Program-made: the position numbers and the translations under genes
Shown here: positions 1-15,649 of the stretch, in pieces
Layout of the letters: every line of letters starts with the position of its first letter
Numbering within the stretch: position 1 is the stretch's first letter
Assembly: GCF_009914755.1 (NCBI RefSeq)
Contig: NC_060931.1
DNA: 64,000 bases
Source: the human T2T-CHM13v2.0 reference genome, Homo sapiens
Reading direction: 5' to 3' (one strand)
The notes under the pieces: generated by a model
Database searches by the model: none
Told to the model about the DNA's origin: nothing
What the model saw: the letters and a program-made list of their open reading frames with translations, nothing else

Positions 1-84
1 TCAATCCAAAATAAATTGTAACTATAAAGTGATAACACTTGACCCTTGACTTTCTTGAATGTCTTACAACTTGCTTCCCTAAAC

Positions 85-218
85 CAGTGGCTCTCAGACC
101 AGGCACATCACTATCGCTCGGAAACTTGTTAGAAATGTGAATTCTCAGCACCCTGCCCCCTGCAGTCTAACACATTCTTTAGGTGATTCTGATGCACACT
201 AAAATTTGAGAAGCACTG
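85..218. mobile_element. MER5A-like hAT-Charlie non-autonomous DNA transposon, internally deleted
   Basis: TIRs CAGTGGCTCTCA ... TGAGAAGCACTG; 8-bp TSD ccctaaac (77-84)/ccctaatc (219-226); internal cttgttagaaatg and ggtgattctgatgcacactaaaatttgag motifs. Confidence 0.85.
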
Positions 219-1354
219 CCCTAATCAGTTCCTGATCATTGTAAAACAAATCAAAGTGTATGCCCTTTCATGGAAGATTGATCATTTAATCTTCATTGTA
301 ATTGGAATTACAGTCGTGGTTATAAGTAACAGAGAACAAGGCATGGAATGGATGAGCTTTGGATTTCTATAGTATGTCCCAGCTCTTTATTCCCCTTGAC
401 TCCTGTCTCTTTCCCCCTTCCTCAGACTCTGAGTTCATGGCTCCTTAATTCGATTCCTTCTGAATAGCCTCCACCAGCTCTTGGCTAATTTAATGTGAAA
501 TCATCTCGAGTGTTACAGTGCTTGCTTGCTTTGGCTCATCTGCAGCGTCAGGTGGCTGAGTGGATTGGAGAGCTGAGTCTCTATTAGGCATATCCCTATC
601 ATGCTTCTGCTCTAATCCTTAGAAGTCTCTCAGGAGGACTATAGTTCAAATAATTAATCACTGATACATCAATGCACAGAATTTTGTAGCTGATTGTGAA
701 CGGGAAATCCGCTTCATAGCTTCTTTCATTTGCAGGATTCTTTACATCTAAATTTCTTGTAAACTTCCTTGTGCATTTCTGTTTTATCCTAAGCTGCTTC
801 TGACTCTGCCTCCCGCCAGCACCCTCCAACTTTGGGCCCAGAAGTTGAGAAGAATTACTTCCCATTGCTCTTGCTTTTGCATCAAGGCCAGAGAGCCAAA
901 TCTCTGGGCTATGGCAATGAATTTTTTCCAGTAAGTCAGAATAAATATAGCTCACATTGGAAAACCATTTTCCAAACTGAACATTGTCACAGAATTGTTG
1001 CTTTTCACTCAGTCAAAAGACACATTAAAGTTTTCTGTAACTGATGTGTTTGTGTTATGTAACAAGTATTTTATCAGGTATTTTGGGGGTAAAAACAAAA
1101 ACACAGGATCTAGTGGTGATTTCAGTGAACAAGTAAATAATTACAAATATAGTTACAAAAATGGAGAATATATGTGGGTAGTTGGGATTCATAGGGAAAG
1201 GAGCACCCAGATTGATGGGTTATCCACCAATAGAGTCCACAAGAGAAGGCATGTTCTGTTTGGTTTGCCTTGGTAAAGGGAGATGGAAAGCAAATGCCAA
1301 TTTCTTGCCCTATGACAGCAGTTCCTTATCCTAAGGAAGTAATTGGCAAGGTGC

Positions 1355-1490
1355 TTAGAAGTTATTCCTCATGGCATTATCTATAGTAGTAGAACTATTC
1401 ACATAAATATCTAGCAACAGGGGATTGATTAAAATTTTGAACCATACATCCATATATGATGGATTTCCTGTGCACCTATTAAAAGTGGTA
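1355..1490 (+). mobile_element. Old L1M fragment (ORF2 end/3' region)
   Basis: Degenerate gcattatctatagtag...aaatatctagcaacaggggattgattaaa...acatccatat...atgga resembles the L1M 3' region. Confidence 0.5.
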
Positions 1491-2937
1491 CTTAAACGGT
1501 GTTTTTTTTCTTGAAATAGGATTATGAGTCATTGTTTCCTGAAATTTTTTTCTGATGAACTTTGTAATCAGAACAGCAAAAACTATAAAATCAGTGTCAT
1601 TGAGGCAGTTTTGAGTAATCTACCTTCCTGAGGCCCTATCCTCTCAAGAAGACTTTAGACTGCTCATAACCACTACTACCCAGCTCTAATAATCCTTTGA
1701 TCCTAATCTGGGATAGTAGAGTTTGCAACTGTGTTCCCCTCATCTCTAGCATTGAGTTGGTTGTTCTCTGCCTTGGAGTTCATAATCCCTTTCCTCCCCC
1801 TTACCTGCCACTGTAGATCCATTGTCATACCCAGCACAATAGCATGTATCTTCATTCCTTCCTTATATTAGCTTTAGACGAGATGATGACCTAGAGTTCT
1901 TTGTTATTTGCTTCACTGCCTCATAATACCTACTGACTCATTAGTCCGCCCACCTCCCCTTGACTGTAGGACTCAATTTCCTCATTTCCAGTCTATGCAC
2001 TCTCAATCTTTTCTGTCTTTCTCATCGGTAATTCTCAATTACATTGAAAATGCAGCTGCATAATCTTAGTGCCCCCACCTACCATTCTGCACCTGCTCCT
2101 GCTCTGTATCTTATTTTCTGAGTGGTGCCACCCTGTCGCTTCCTCCAGCTCCCAAGTAACCAGGAGAAAGGCCGAAGGAATTGTTTATTGCTACCATGTT
2201 TCACTGATGTCTGTATTTGGTTCATGCTGAAAAACCATATTCCTCAATGTGACCTGAAACACAATGAGAAGTGCTTCGGAAGTTTACCAAGTTTTTTACT
2301 CTTTGTTCTGCTTTTCAACCTTTTCTGTTGGAATTAATTTTTCTTCCTACTGAGTCATTTTTCCTTGATTATTTAATAGGTGTTCCTTACAATCCTGCTA
2401 CTTGGTTCTGTTTTATTGTTTACAGTGGTCAAGCTTTGCTCCCACTCACTGCCACTTAGATTCTTGCCCATCTCTTGTAGTTCCAGGAGACTTGATGTGG
2501 GATGTGATGCTTTTGTTCTGGATGCTCCTCTGCTTCTGTTTCTGCTCAGAGGCCAGTCTTTAGCTGCTTCTGCCCTGGAGCATAGATCATGAAACTGTGT
2601 ATCTGGGAAAGCCAACAAACCTCATTTTTTTGCCCTACAGTCACTTTGGCATTGTCACTGTCTCCAATTTGAAATATTTTCACTGTTCCGCATTAATCAG
2701 TCAGTTACCAAGCATTTGTTCAGCTTTACTTGGCACACTTTAATTGAACTAGATGGCCCTGAATTTATAATTATGGAAAGATAGCTGTCTGTTAAAATAC
2801 TATAATAAAGATTAAGGGCAGAATACTAACCCTCAAGGGACCTGTAGTCTAGATACACAAATAAAGATTAACACATGAAACAATTTGAAAGTCATATGTT
2901 GCAGTTTATAATTACATGCTGAACTGAGTGATACCTG

Positions 2938-2968
2938 CACACAACACACACACACACACACACACACA
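2938..2968. repeat. (CA)n microsatellite
   Basis: Direct reading. Confidence 0.95.
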
Positions 2969-5900
2969 TTATACTACCATTTCAAAGGAGTTCACCTAGG
3001 ACCCCAGGTTAAAAATTTCTGTTCTCCCAACTATTTTACGATTGTAGTGAGGTTGTGGCTACAGATAGGTGATACTCTTTTCATTGTAGTGTTGACCTAG
3101 AACAACAAGTGGAATCAAGGGGAAAGCAAAAGCCCAGGGGACACACATAATTAATTACTGGCATGTAGGGGGCATGAAGAAAATGGGCCTAATTGGATTA
3201 GGAGTAATGTGGAAATCATGTGGATATGTAAACTGGGGCCACATGGTCGAGACCCATGAAAGCCAAGTCTGAGAATTTCCACTTGATTTCACAAGCTGGT
3301 TGGTTGTCTTTGTTTGGAGTATAAGTAGGGGAGGAAAATGATGATGTCGATTTTTATTGAGAAGTGATGTGGGAGTGGTGTGCAATATTCAGTCAAAGTG
3401 TGTGTAGCTTCAAAAGGGATTGCATGAATTTAGTTAAGATATCCCTGATGTTATCTTGAAATAAATTGGTGAGGGCCTAGACCAAGAGGGTTCCAAAAGG
3501 GCCAAGTGAGCACAATTATGAAAGAAGAATGTTGGATGTTGGGGTAAAGCAAAAGCAGAGTGAAGAGACATCATGGAGGCTGCTTACCAGGAAAGCATTG
3601 TTAAAAGGAAGTTACAGATGAGGAGACGTGTTCAGGGGTCCTAATCTCTCTCAGCTCTGTAGCCTCCTTTCCCCGTCATCTCCCTGCCACCTATTGCATG
3701 CCATTTCTGCTTTCTGTCATTTTATTTTCTTTAGATCTCTTTCATGTATGAAAGTAGTTCTTTTTGTAAAACTCTGTTGAAAGCTCCTGCTCCCTCAGAA
3801 AATTCACAGATACTTTAGGGTGGATCAGAGATATTTCTAGCATCTGAGCTGACGTGCACTATGTCCCCAGGTTAAGAATTCCTGATGTGATAACTATTTT
3901 ATGATTGTGATAAGGTTGGATCTAGCCATAAATCCTTTGAATTTCTTTGTAAGCTCACAAAAATATTTGTTCAGAATAACAATCTACTGTCGTTGAATTG
4001 GCAGTAAGATGGAGGCCTGTTTGTTGGCACGGGAGGGACTGTGACTGCGGTGCTCAGACATCCAGCTTGGAGAGCATTGGTCTTGAGATTTTCTGGATGA
4101 ACTAGAGACTGCAAACCTAAGAGCAGACTCTTCCTTGGCATGAAATGTGTGCAGATTCTAATCTTGTGCTGAGGCCATGGAGATGATCTCCCTGCAAAAA
4201 TGTTGTCTGCCTTTGCAAAGTTGTAGGTTTTTTCTTCTAGAGGAAAAGCAGCAGCTAATATGTGAGAGTTTCGAGCTTTGCTGTTTAAAGAAAGCAGAGT
4301 TTTCCAGTGGTCTGAATAGAGTTCATCTTCCCACACTGTAGTACCATACAGCCCTGTGGCTCCTAGAAACAACCTAGAAAGCTGTGTTTTCATCTTTCTG
4401 TTGCCCTGCCACTCCTTGGCATGTGTGTGGATATATACTTTCTTTCCCTGACTGGTGATGATGTTTGTCAGTTATTGACACTGGTAGTCTTTGCTGTCTT
4501 TGTACTGCTGCATCTTGGAGAAGAAAGCTGCTGAGAGGAGTAGGCTATGTTCTGCCCCACTGTTTCCTTTCTGCTGGCTGGCCTGCACACTAGCCTGCCT
4601 TTGTGAGGAAGCGGCTGTTAAGCAGACACAGCAGGAGAAGTTTAGAAGTCAGGAGTTTCATTCCTTGCCTAATGAAAAGGGATGCAGACTTGTGGCTGAG
4701 GCCAACAGGGAAAGGCAGTATGGGGAGCAGGAATTAGTGTTTGCTCTGTGGAGCAGATAAGGTGGAAGCCAGCCTGCGGTCTGCCTACCTTCCCATGTCT
4801 CAAAGACAGAGCTCCACAAATCTATCCCAGAGAAACTGGGTTATGTGAGATGCAGAGGAGAACCCCACTGAGAAGTGGTAGCAAGGCAGTACACCTTGTT
4901 TTCAGCAGAGCCTGGGTCTCCATGTCATGTATCCTCATAGCCTGGAATAAAGATGGTACTCTCCCTTTGCAGATAGTGGTGGCAGGCCTCCCCTCTTGGA
5001 ATTTGCTCCTCTCCTCTGTGAGATTCATTCCTGAATTCCTACTTCCCCCAGATACTCTTTCGTGGAGAATCTCTTGCTGTGGCATCAGACTTGTGACAAG
5101 CAGAGGGAGGTTTTCTGGAAATGGCTCACTCAGCATCGTTCCTGCAGCAGTGTGGGAACCAGAAGTGAAGAAGCCTCTGCACAGGGAAAGGAGACCTGTG
5201 CTGCCGCAGGTTATTCTGCTCTTTTCTCACAGATCCCTCCCACTTTGCAGCCTGGGTCTAGTGTGCTACTAAGAGGCTAGAGTGCTTCCTGGGTGGGCAT
5301 ATTTGAATTTAGTGGTTAACTACCTATTGTTAACTTTGAATTTTGCTTCTCTTTCATGAAGAATTAACAAAATAAGGGCTACTTCTCAGTTTACATATGC
5401 TGGTACAGTGCTACTTTCTTGCTTCCTCTTGAATGTGCCAGAAATTGATAAGAGTTTAACAGTAATATTTTAAGTGTGAAAAAATTGTCTTTGAACGTTT
5501 TCCCAAAATTTATGCCAGAACACAAATAAGTATCTGATAATATGCTTTTTAGAAGCAGGGTAGAGCATGAATAATATTAATACTAAGACCATTTTAAAGA
5601 ATCATTTTGCTGTTATTGTTTTAAATGTCATATGTATACTATTATCCACGTCTTCCAGTTTCTGATGTTAGTTTTTTCCTCTTTGGTAGCGTATTTAGTT
5701 GTGGTTAAGTCCTAGATTTCTGCTTATAGCACAGAGCTACTTTGTGGTCACAGAAAGAAAGCAGAATTATAGTTTCCCACCTCACTGCTTTTGCCTCGAG
5801 GATCTTTGCTTTCTAACTTACTGCTCAGGCCCTGTTCTTTTTTTCTCATAGTACATGAGATGTTCTCCAGCCCCAGGAAAGGCCACAATTTCAGCAGTGC

Positions 5901-6335
5901 TCTAACTTGAACCTGTCTGTTTACAGAACAGATCTATTTATTTTGGTTGTCCTTGTTGTTAAAGGATAAGGCTGTAGGCATTTAGTGCCCCATAGGACCT
6001 GCAGAATGCTTTGCAGGCCTTGCCTTGAAGGAGGTGAGGTATGGTCAGGGTGGGAAGGAGCTTGTCTTGCATCACAGAAGCTTCAGTCTTACGGCTGCTC
6101 CTTCCAATTTGCAGTAGCAAAATAAGGAGAGCCTGTTGGTGGCAGAGGAGGTTATAGAAATAGGACATGCAAGATGTAAGCAGGGCTTTGGGGAGGTGGA
6201 AGAGTTGGATTGTTAGTTGGCTTCTAGCCACCAACCTCTAGTCTTTTACTGGTAGCTTGCAAATCCCAAAGGGTGAGTGGCAAAGCTTGAGAATCGCCTT
6301 GGTTGCTGACCACTACCAGGATCCCTGAATGATAA

Positions 6336-6992
<657 letters not shown>

Positions 6993-8415
6993 CCATTTGC
7001 CATTTCTAAAGCTGAAGCCCTTGATTCAAATTCAGAAGAAGCCACGGGATTCAAGGAGCTTGGAAGTGCTGTCTTTCAGTTAGCATTTCAGATAAGAGTG
7101 AGAGAGAGGGTATGATTTTTATTTTCTTGTTAATTCAGTACTTGCCCTCATCAAGGAGTAGAAACTAGATAGTAGGAAAACTTTTGTTGTTTCTGAACCA
7201 GAAGCATTTCAGATGAGTTGAGTGAGGGACACATCCCCTGGGATGAAGCAAGGGGGCTCAGGTGGATGATAAAAGCCCAAGTGTGAAAGAAATAAGACTA
7301 TTCTACCTAGCACTGAGCAAAACCCACCCAATTTGGCTTATGAGGGTTTACTTTAGAAAGTGATGACCCTGAAAGTAACCCCTGCAGAAGTGTGTCCTCT
7401 ACCTCTGCTCCTTGAGTGAGTTCCTGAAAGGGAAGAGGTGGAAATGTGGCTGACAGTGTGAGGGTCCCTGACATTTGGCCCTGGGCTGGGCAGCTTTCTC
7501 AACACTTCCTCTGGAATTCAAAAACCCTAAAAAGTTGAGTCTCCATAGACAAGATTTGTGGGAACATCCCCTAATCTCTAGTTCTCTATCTCTAAGCTCA
7601 GAACTCTTACCTGCTGATGTCTGCAGGCTGGCAGTACACAAGAAGGCCTTATCCAACAGTGTACAGACCAAGTAATTCACCAGTCAGCTTTTATTCTGTG
7701 GTCCTTCATTGTTATACCAGTGATCGTACCTAGTGAGGCGTAGGCTTCTGTCCCCAGAGCTACCACTCAGAGGACTGGGTGATTAGAGCAAACCAACCCA
7801 TGGCTGAGGTTGGCAGAGTCCCAGAGTTCCCTGTTAAATCCCCTCTTATTATAGCTAAGACTGATTGAAAATGAGACTTAATGTCAGTTATGTAGCATTT
7901 GCTAATTTTTTTTCCTACTGTTACATGACTTTTCTCTACAGTATTGCTCCATTCAGGGCAACTTATCTTTTTACCTGGGAGGAACTTATTTCCATTAGAA
8001 TTGGAACACTAGCCACATATTTTGCATTTAAAATGTTTCATGTGATTAAACACGGAAAGAAATGTTATTACTTCTGTTTCTTAGGCCTGTGCTCCTCTAA
8101 CTGATTCTTCTTTTGTGCCTGGAACAATGCCTTTAATTTGAAAACAAGTAAGGCAGCCCTCTGATTACTAAGCACACTGTTAGTGGAAACTGGCAGCCAA
8201 GTGCTGGTAACAGGGCTTAAGAGAAGAGCAGCTTTATAATCCCCCCTCCACCAAATCCTCTTGCACAGACTGGCTACTCAGCAGTGTACAGTGTGACTTG
8301 TGTAGTCATACATCCCCACTTTAACAACCCTCGCTTCTCTCTTCATTTTTGCACCCTCCTACCCCTTCCCATTGTGATTCTTGTTTTAATCGGTTTTTCT
8401 CTTCTTCCTTAACAG

Positions 8416-8488
8416 AGCTATTAAGAATGGCAAAGGATTGCATAGCAAGAAGGAAGTGCCTATCCACCGTGTTGCAGATATATCTGGG
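8416..8488 (+). CDS. SND1: SND1 internal coding exon (probably exon 14), 73 bp, starts phase 2, ends phase 0
   Basis: Polypyrimidine tract tttttctcttcttccttaacAG (AG 8414-8415); donor GGG|GTGAGT at 8489. A + 24 codons = [24 protein letters not shown]. Missed by the ORF track. Exon number is from memory. Confidence 0.97.
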
Positions 8489-9125
8489 GTGAGTCGAGTC
8501 CCTGAATCAAGCTGTGTGGCTCAGAGGCTCAAGAGCGTGTCTGCATATTTGCTGAAGGACTTCAGCTTATGTATTTTCTCTAGCTCGCTCCTTTTCAGGC
8601 ACTGACTGTGACTTTTCCCCACCCCGGGGCATCTACTTAGGTATCTATAGGGAGCCTGTTTTATTATCTGGAAAAGCAGAATTAACTTCATTCTTTTTCT
8701 TTACCTGAACTGTTTCTATGTTGCTTTTTCATTTTTAATTACTGTATTTTGAGTTTGGAAGGTAGTTCTTCTTGGTTGTATTAAAATAAAATTGCCTCTT
8801 TTTAAAACCCCTGTCCAGTTCTTGCTGTGAGTGGGAAGTCTTAGTAGCAAAAGGTCAAGTATAGATTTCAGGAGAAGTATATGAATTCATCATGATTTCC
8901 TCATGACCTCTTGTTCCTCTGCTTGCCTGTAAGTGGGACAGAATGGAGAAATGTATGAACATCCTTTGAGATAATTACATATAGATAATAAAGAAGAATC
9001 AATGGCACCAATATTTTAGAGCTCCCAATAGGCTGTGTCCAAATGTTTCTTTAACTGTAAGGACTTTACCTTTGAATGTTTAGGGTCTCTTTGGCTGCAT
9101 AGATCCGTTTGATAGTTGAGCTAGT

Positions 9126-9530
9126 TTATTCATTTAGTCAACAAGTATTTGTTGAGTGCCTGCTGTATGCCAGGAATTGCTCTAAGCTCTGAGAATATAA
9201 CAATGAAGAAAACTACTGAAGTCCCTGCATTCAAGTTGGAAAGGGAGGCAGTTGCAATGTCAGGTAGCGAAAACTACTGTGAAGAGAAGTAAAACTGGCC
9301 GAGGGGATAGTGAGTGGTGTAAGTGCTGATTTTGATCAGGTGGCCAGGAAAGGCACTCTCTGTTGCCAAGACACATACCATCCATTTCAACACCACAGTC
9401 ACTAATGGTTAAAGAGAGGATCAGGTCTGTGCCATGCATAGGGAAGATGCCCAGGGGAGATGAAGCCCAGGGTAGATGGAAGGAGGAAGAGCTGGTAAAT
9501 CTTAGCTTAGGCACTCAGGGAATTTGCCTT
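9126..9530 (-). mobile_element. L2 3' end fragment
   Basis: attcatttagtcaacaagtatttgttgagtgcctgctgtatgccagg is the reverse complement of the L2 3' terminus. Confidence 0.75.
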
Positions 9531-11839
9531 GGGCCCTGAGAAGAAAATACTAGTATAAACAAAAGTGCTAGAGCTCAGCCTAGGCTGCAGGAGAGATGAA
9601 TCAGAGTGTATTATCTTCCTGTTATGTGGTGTGCCCAGGCCTGGTGGAGGCTTTTTCTGTTGCTCCTGGTGATTGCTTGCTACAAATGTGTCTGGCAGGC
9701 TCCCCCTTGCCTAGGTGTAGTGGTTTCCTGCTCATCTTAAACAATGGGACTCTGTTGAGCTTTTCTTTCTCTATAACCAGTCACTGCAGATTATAGGTTA
9801 AACAATGTTACCTACAACATGTTAACTGGACTTCAGTCTACAGGTTGGGGCCTCTGTTAAGTGGGTGAAGTAAAGTGATATGCACTTTTTGTGGCTTAGA
9901 ATCCTGAGAAGCCCAGAAACCTGTAGCTAATGGCCTTTGAGCCACAGGTAACTATGGTGTATCTGCTAATGTTCATTTTTAACAGGTGTAACTCATCCAG
10001 TGCGATGTTACTTGGCCTGTTTTCTGTGTAGCTTACCCAGCTGAGTTATTCTTTGCATATATATTGCTAATATTTTTATGTATGTGCATGGCATTCTCAA
10101 CAATGCTTTCCTTAATATTTGTCTTTTGGTAAAGCTGTTATAATAATAAAAGGGCAAATTTTTGGTGGTTCCTCAGCAGGAGAAAAAAGTTATAAGTGCT
10201 TTGGAAAATGCAATGAAAACCCGTCTACACAAAGGGCCAAATATGCCCATCCAAAAACTTATGTGGGGCCCATACTCCAGGGCCTTCCAGAAGCTGATTT
10301 CAACCTTAGGGATAGGCTCTCTCCTTGGGCCCACCTGAGTTCATTTCTAGTTCTGATTTGGCACCAACAGTGAGGTGAAGCAACTCTAAGGAGGTTTTGA
10401 GGTTCAGGCACACCAGTCTCAGGGTTGTCCTCTCCACACCCCTCAGTGTGGTATCCTAAAGATCTTTATTGCTGTCTCTGAATCTTATGCTGCCTCCTGC
10501 CTTGATGATTTCTGATGCTTTTTTTATTCCTTTATTTCCGTTGTCATTAGCAGTGGGTCTTGTGAAACTTGTCTTCATTTATTTATTTACTTTTGTTCCT
10601 ACCCCACCAATTCCCCCTTAAACTCTAGCTCAGTTTCATACCAATTTTTATTATCTTTTCTGTCTCAGTATTGGAGGATTGGTTTGCTCTTAAGTTAAAC
10701 ATAAATGCCAATTAAATTTCTCTCAGTCACCACATAAATAAAAGAGTAAAGCTTGAGCAAGTGGGAGACTGAAAGTGAAAAAGCTGCTCGATTTAAATGG
10801 ATGTCAGATATGACCTTGTCTGCCTGAATCACAAATTATTCACCTAAGAGTGCAGTTTTTTTGGTGCCCTCTTTAATAGAGGAGTTTTGTCTTTTCCCAC
10901 CTTCTTCCCTTCTTTCCATCACAGTGTTAAGTCTGTGTGTATGTTGGGTGCCCTTGTTCAATTTAAGTGAGATGTATGGGTTTTCTGCTTCCTGAAGCAT
11001 GCTGGCAATTTTGCTGTCTGTGGGACAGGTGTGAGGTCAGATGGGCAGACGGCTTACAGCCAGATGAAAAATAAACAGGGAAAAAGACAATGTAATGCAC
11101 ATATACGTAATGGTTTCACAGAGGTTTCTTAATTGTTTTTTAATCTTTAACTGTGTTACCTACTGCCCCAGATTGATCCCCCTCTTAGTTGCAGGCCATG
11201 ATAAATGGAGGTTTTTGTTGAGCTGACAGTGTAGGCAATATCTGCCAAAATAATTTACAATGAACTGGTGTTTGTGCATAATATCTCTCACCACCCTCCT
11301 CTCCATCCCAGTACACATTGTTGGTGAGGAAAAAGACATGCTTAAGTGCACATTCTGTCTCCTAAACACTCTTAAGAAATGTGTTGTATGGAAGAGATTA
11401 TATCATAATGGTGGAGCAAATAACCTGTAATTTTGTTCTAGTGTTAACTGCCTCCATTTTAGGGGTTGAGTTTCTACTCCTTTTCCATGATCTCTTCTCT
11501 TGCTGTTTAAAAAATGATTTCACAGAGTAAAGGTCAGAGTGCGTTAAAATGCTTTTGTATGAAGACCTAGCAAATACAAGACCTGCTTGGCTGATTGCTT
11601 ATGGTTGGAAGTGACTCATCTAAGCACAGGAGTGTGAGGTTTATGGCTTAGAACGTAAGATACCAGCCTCTGTAGTGGCCAAATAAGCCGGCCTTTTTGT
11701 TTGTTATTACAGATGGGTTTTGATGTCAAGGTCAACTGAGTTTTGAGTTGTCCATAAGATGGACAGAACATCTGCATATAACACCAACTGAATGAACCCC
11801 CAGTTTGTCTAGGGCTTTGATAAAAAATTTGGCCCTCTA

Positions 11840-11986
11840 GACCGGGCGTGGTGGCTCACACCTATAATCCCAGCACTTTGGGAGGCCGAGGTGGGAGGAT
11901 TGCTTAAGGTCAGGAATGCAAGACCAACTTGGTCTTGTAGTCAGTGTAGTGAGACCCCATCTCTACCAAAAAAAAAATAATAATAA

Positions 11987-11987
<1 letters not shown>
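11840..11987 (+). mobile_element. Alu left monomer (FLAM_C/AluJ-like)
   Basis: gaccgggcgtggtggctcacacctataatcccagcactttggg... followed by an A-rich tail. Confidence 0.88.
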
Positions 11988-12037
<50 letters not shown>

Positions 12038-12042
12038 CGTGT
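11988..12042. repeat. (TG)n microsatellite at the Alu monomer tail
   Basis: Direct reading; about 23 pure TG units then gcgt variants. Confidence 0.97.
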
Positions 12043-13123
12043 TGACCCATCTGCGTCTCTTACACCTATTTTTAGGGTAACCACTAAAGGAAGAAAATTA
12101 CATACTCCCAAGCTGGTACCTTAGATCCTGAAGAAGTTACTGGTTTTTTGTTATTTCCAATTTTTCACAGAGTAGGAACTGGGCTATTAGAAGTACCAGC
12201 CACTGCTGCCATTTCTATCATAGTCTAGTTTCCTTTCAAGCCAGGGTGTTCCAGAGTGTGTAGAACCAGCTGAGAATTTGACCGACTTGGTACTAGGTCT
12301 TACTTGATTTGAAGGATGGTTCTGTGGTGACTGACTTCATACATACATGTTTTCATTATTAGTTGGTTTTGTTTTTCATTGATCCTGTCTGAGCTCCCTC
12401 CCTCACCAGCATAGAAAAAATTGGAGTATGTGTGTCAGTGTTCTTTATCTCAGGTTTCTCAGCTGTTCTTTATCTTAGGTTTATTATTGTTTTTGCTGTA
12501 GCCTGCTCCGTAATAAATACAATCTCCTGCAGATACAGAGTGTAAAACAGGCAATAAAATGGGGCTGGTACATGGCTTACTGTTGTTCTGGTAGATCAGA
12601 CAAATCAATTATGGTTCTGAGATTAGAGAGAGCTCCCCACTCCTCAAGTTGCAGCCAGCCCTGCGAGTGCTGATTTTACCATTTACCTTTACCTCCACTT
12701 CTCCATCTTCCTCTTATATGGGAGTAGGACTCAATGAGTCATAGTGTATATCTGAGTTTTCTTCTCTGTCCTTTTCCTTTTGTGTCTGTCCTCTGTGCAT
12801 GAGGAGTTACGATGTTTGTTTGATGGTACAAGAAGATAGCATCCTCTTCAGTCTTATTTCTGAAAGTCCCAGAATAGGGATTGTCTTCTTTTGAATATAT
12901 TCTGCCATTTCATATTATGTAGTCCTGACAGCTCCTCTGTTAATTTCACTATTACAGTATTTACTCTCTTAATCCATGGGTCTTTTTAATCTGTTAACTG
13001 CTGCTGTGCTCCTTTGGACGTTTAATCACATCATGGCTTGGTTTCATGCTCATGTCACATAGCACTTTTTTATAACCACCTTTCTCCGTGACTGATTTTG
13101 TTAGAAATACGTAGTATTTCTGA

Positions 13124-13403
13124 TTTTTTTTTTTTTTTTAAGGATACGGAGTCTCACTTTATCACCAAGGCTGGACTGAAAGTACAGTGGCACAGTCATA
13201 GCTCACTGTGGCCTTTCACTCCTGGGCTCAAGTGATCCTCCTGACTCAGCCTCCTGAGTAACTGGGTCTACAGGTGCACACCATCACACCCACAGGATCT
13301 TGCTATGTTGTCCAGGCCAATCTGAAACCCCTGGCCTCAAGTGATCCTCCCACTTTGGCCTCCCAAAGTATTGCTATTATAGGCATGAGCCACCACCCTA
13401 GCC
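13124..13403 (-). mobile_element. AluJ with central linker deleted
   Basis: Poly-T start, ctcctgggctcaagtgatcctcc J-type motif, arms fused at cacacccacaggatcttgctatg. Confidence 0.87.
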
Positions 13404-13826
13404 TAAAAATTAAGCCATGGTTTGGAATGATCCAGTGACTAGCTTTGGGGAAGGTGCAGGGCACAGGGGAAGAAGGTCAGACATTTGGGGCCCTGTTATT
13501 CATGAAACGAAGTCTTACAGAGTTGACCAGTAGGATTCTGACTTGCTAATGTGAAGGATTGAAGTGTTCCTTTAAAACAGTTAGATAAGATTAAATCAAT
13601 AGATAAGAAATAGATTGGTAGACAGGGTTGGATTTTCTCCAGCATCTGCTCCTGACCTCTGCCTTCAGTTTCTGGTTTTCATTGCCCTCTTAAACTTTAA
13701 TAGCACTGTCATCCTTTCTTTGAGGTTTCTGTAGGTGTTACCTTTCCTTAGCTCTTTATTAATATTTAGGCCTTGATGGAAGCATAAGAAAAAAATTATT
13801 ACTCTTTTTGGCTAAAGAGAGTTTTA

Positions 13827-14191
<365 letters not shown>

Positions 14192-15040
14192 TCACCCAGG
14201 GGCTTTATGAGTTAGGTCTGTGTTAAATTGCAGTTTTTCTTATATGTTTTCTGGCCCACCTAGTTTAGATTTATTTTTCTTACCCTCATATGATTCTAAT
14301 GTTCCTTTCAGCTTTCTGTTTTTTCTAGTCTCTGGTATTTGATGGCACAAATGCTCTCTGAGTGTATTTGTTTTTTGTTGTTTTAAATAGCCCTTCCCTT
14401 TTTTACCCCACTTGGCTAAAATCATGGCCCTACATCATGTTCTCACGTCTCTCTTGCCAACTGCAGTCTAAGTTATTGTACAGATGGCACAACATCAAGG
14501 CCTATGGTTCTGCCGGGTGGGTTTCTGTGACCTGGAGGGGTTGCCTAGCACTGGAGCTTCATTCACACAGTAGCTGCTGGCTCCACTGCTGGGCTCTGCA
14601 TTTGGTATCCGAGAAAATCCCAAAGGAACTCTGGAAGAGCCAGCTCACTGTCTGCAGAACTTGCTCTCCAGAGCAGGCAGTGTGTCCTCTCTAAATATGG
14701 TTGGCCCCTTGCCTGGAAGCCATGGTTGGTGGGAGTGTTGGGTTATCCTGGTGGCTTCCTTGCCTCCCTGTTGTGTTTCGTAGCTCAAGTTGTCACTAAT
14801 TTAGGAAAAGCTATTGCTCTATTTCTTTCTTCTTCTTTCTTCAAGCAAAGTTTATTGAACTCTAGTTGGACTACAATGTACAGGTGACTGGCTTGGATCC
14901 TCACTGCACAGAAACATGCCATCACCTCTGTGGCACACAACCTCTGATGCCAAAGTGGCAGCCACCTCGTAAGTTTCTCCCAGACTTTGGAAAAAACTTC
15001 AAACTCTTTCTCTTTCTTTTCTCTTCTCTTATATTTTCAA

Positions 15041-15472
<432 letters not shown>

Positions 15473-15649
15473 CTCTTTTTTCTTTTCACCTCTTCTAAAG
15501 CATGTCTCTGCTAAGAGTTGGATGTTACTAAGAAGACCTTGATCTTGATTCTGCCAGAGAGTTGCTTCAGCCAGTTGCCCTCACCCTTATGATGGAAGAC
15601 ATAGCTTTATTGTGTTGGAGTTTTTTTGTACATGGTTTGTTTCTCTCTC

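Noticed and set aside
4748-5272. Longest ORF in the track (174 aa) and overlapping ORFs at 3971-5280
   Set aside because: Starts at GTG, resembles no protein I know and has no supporting splice or promoter context; consistent with chance in a GC-richer patch.
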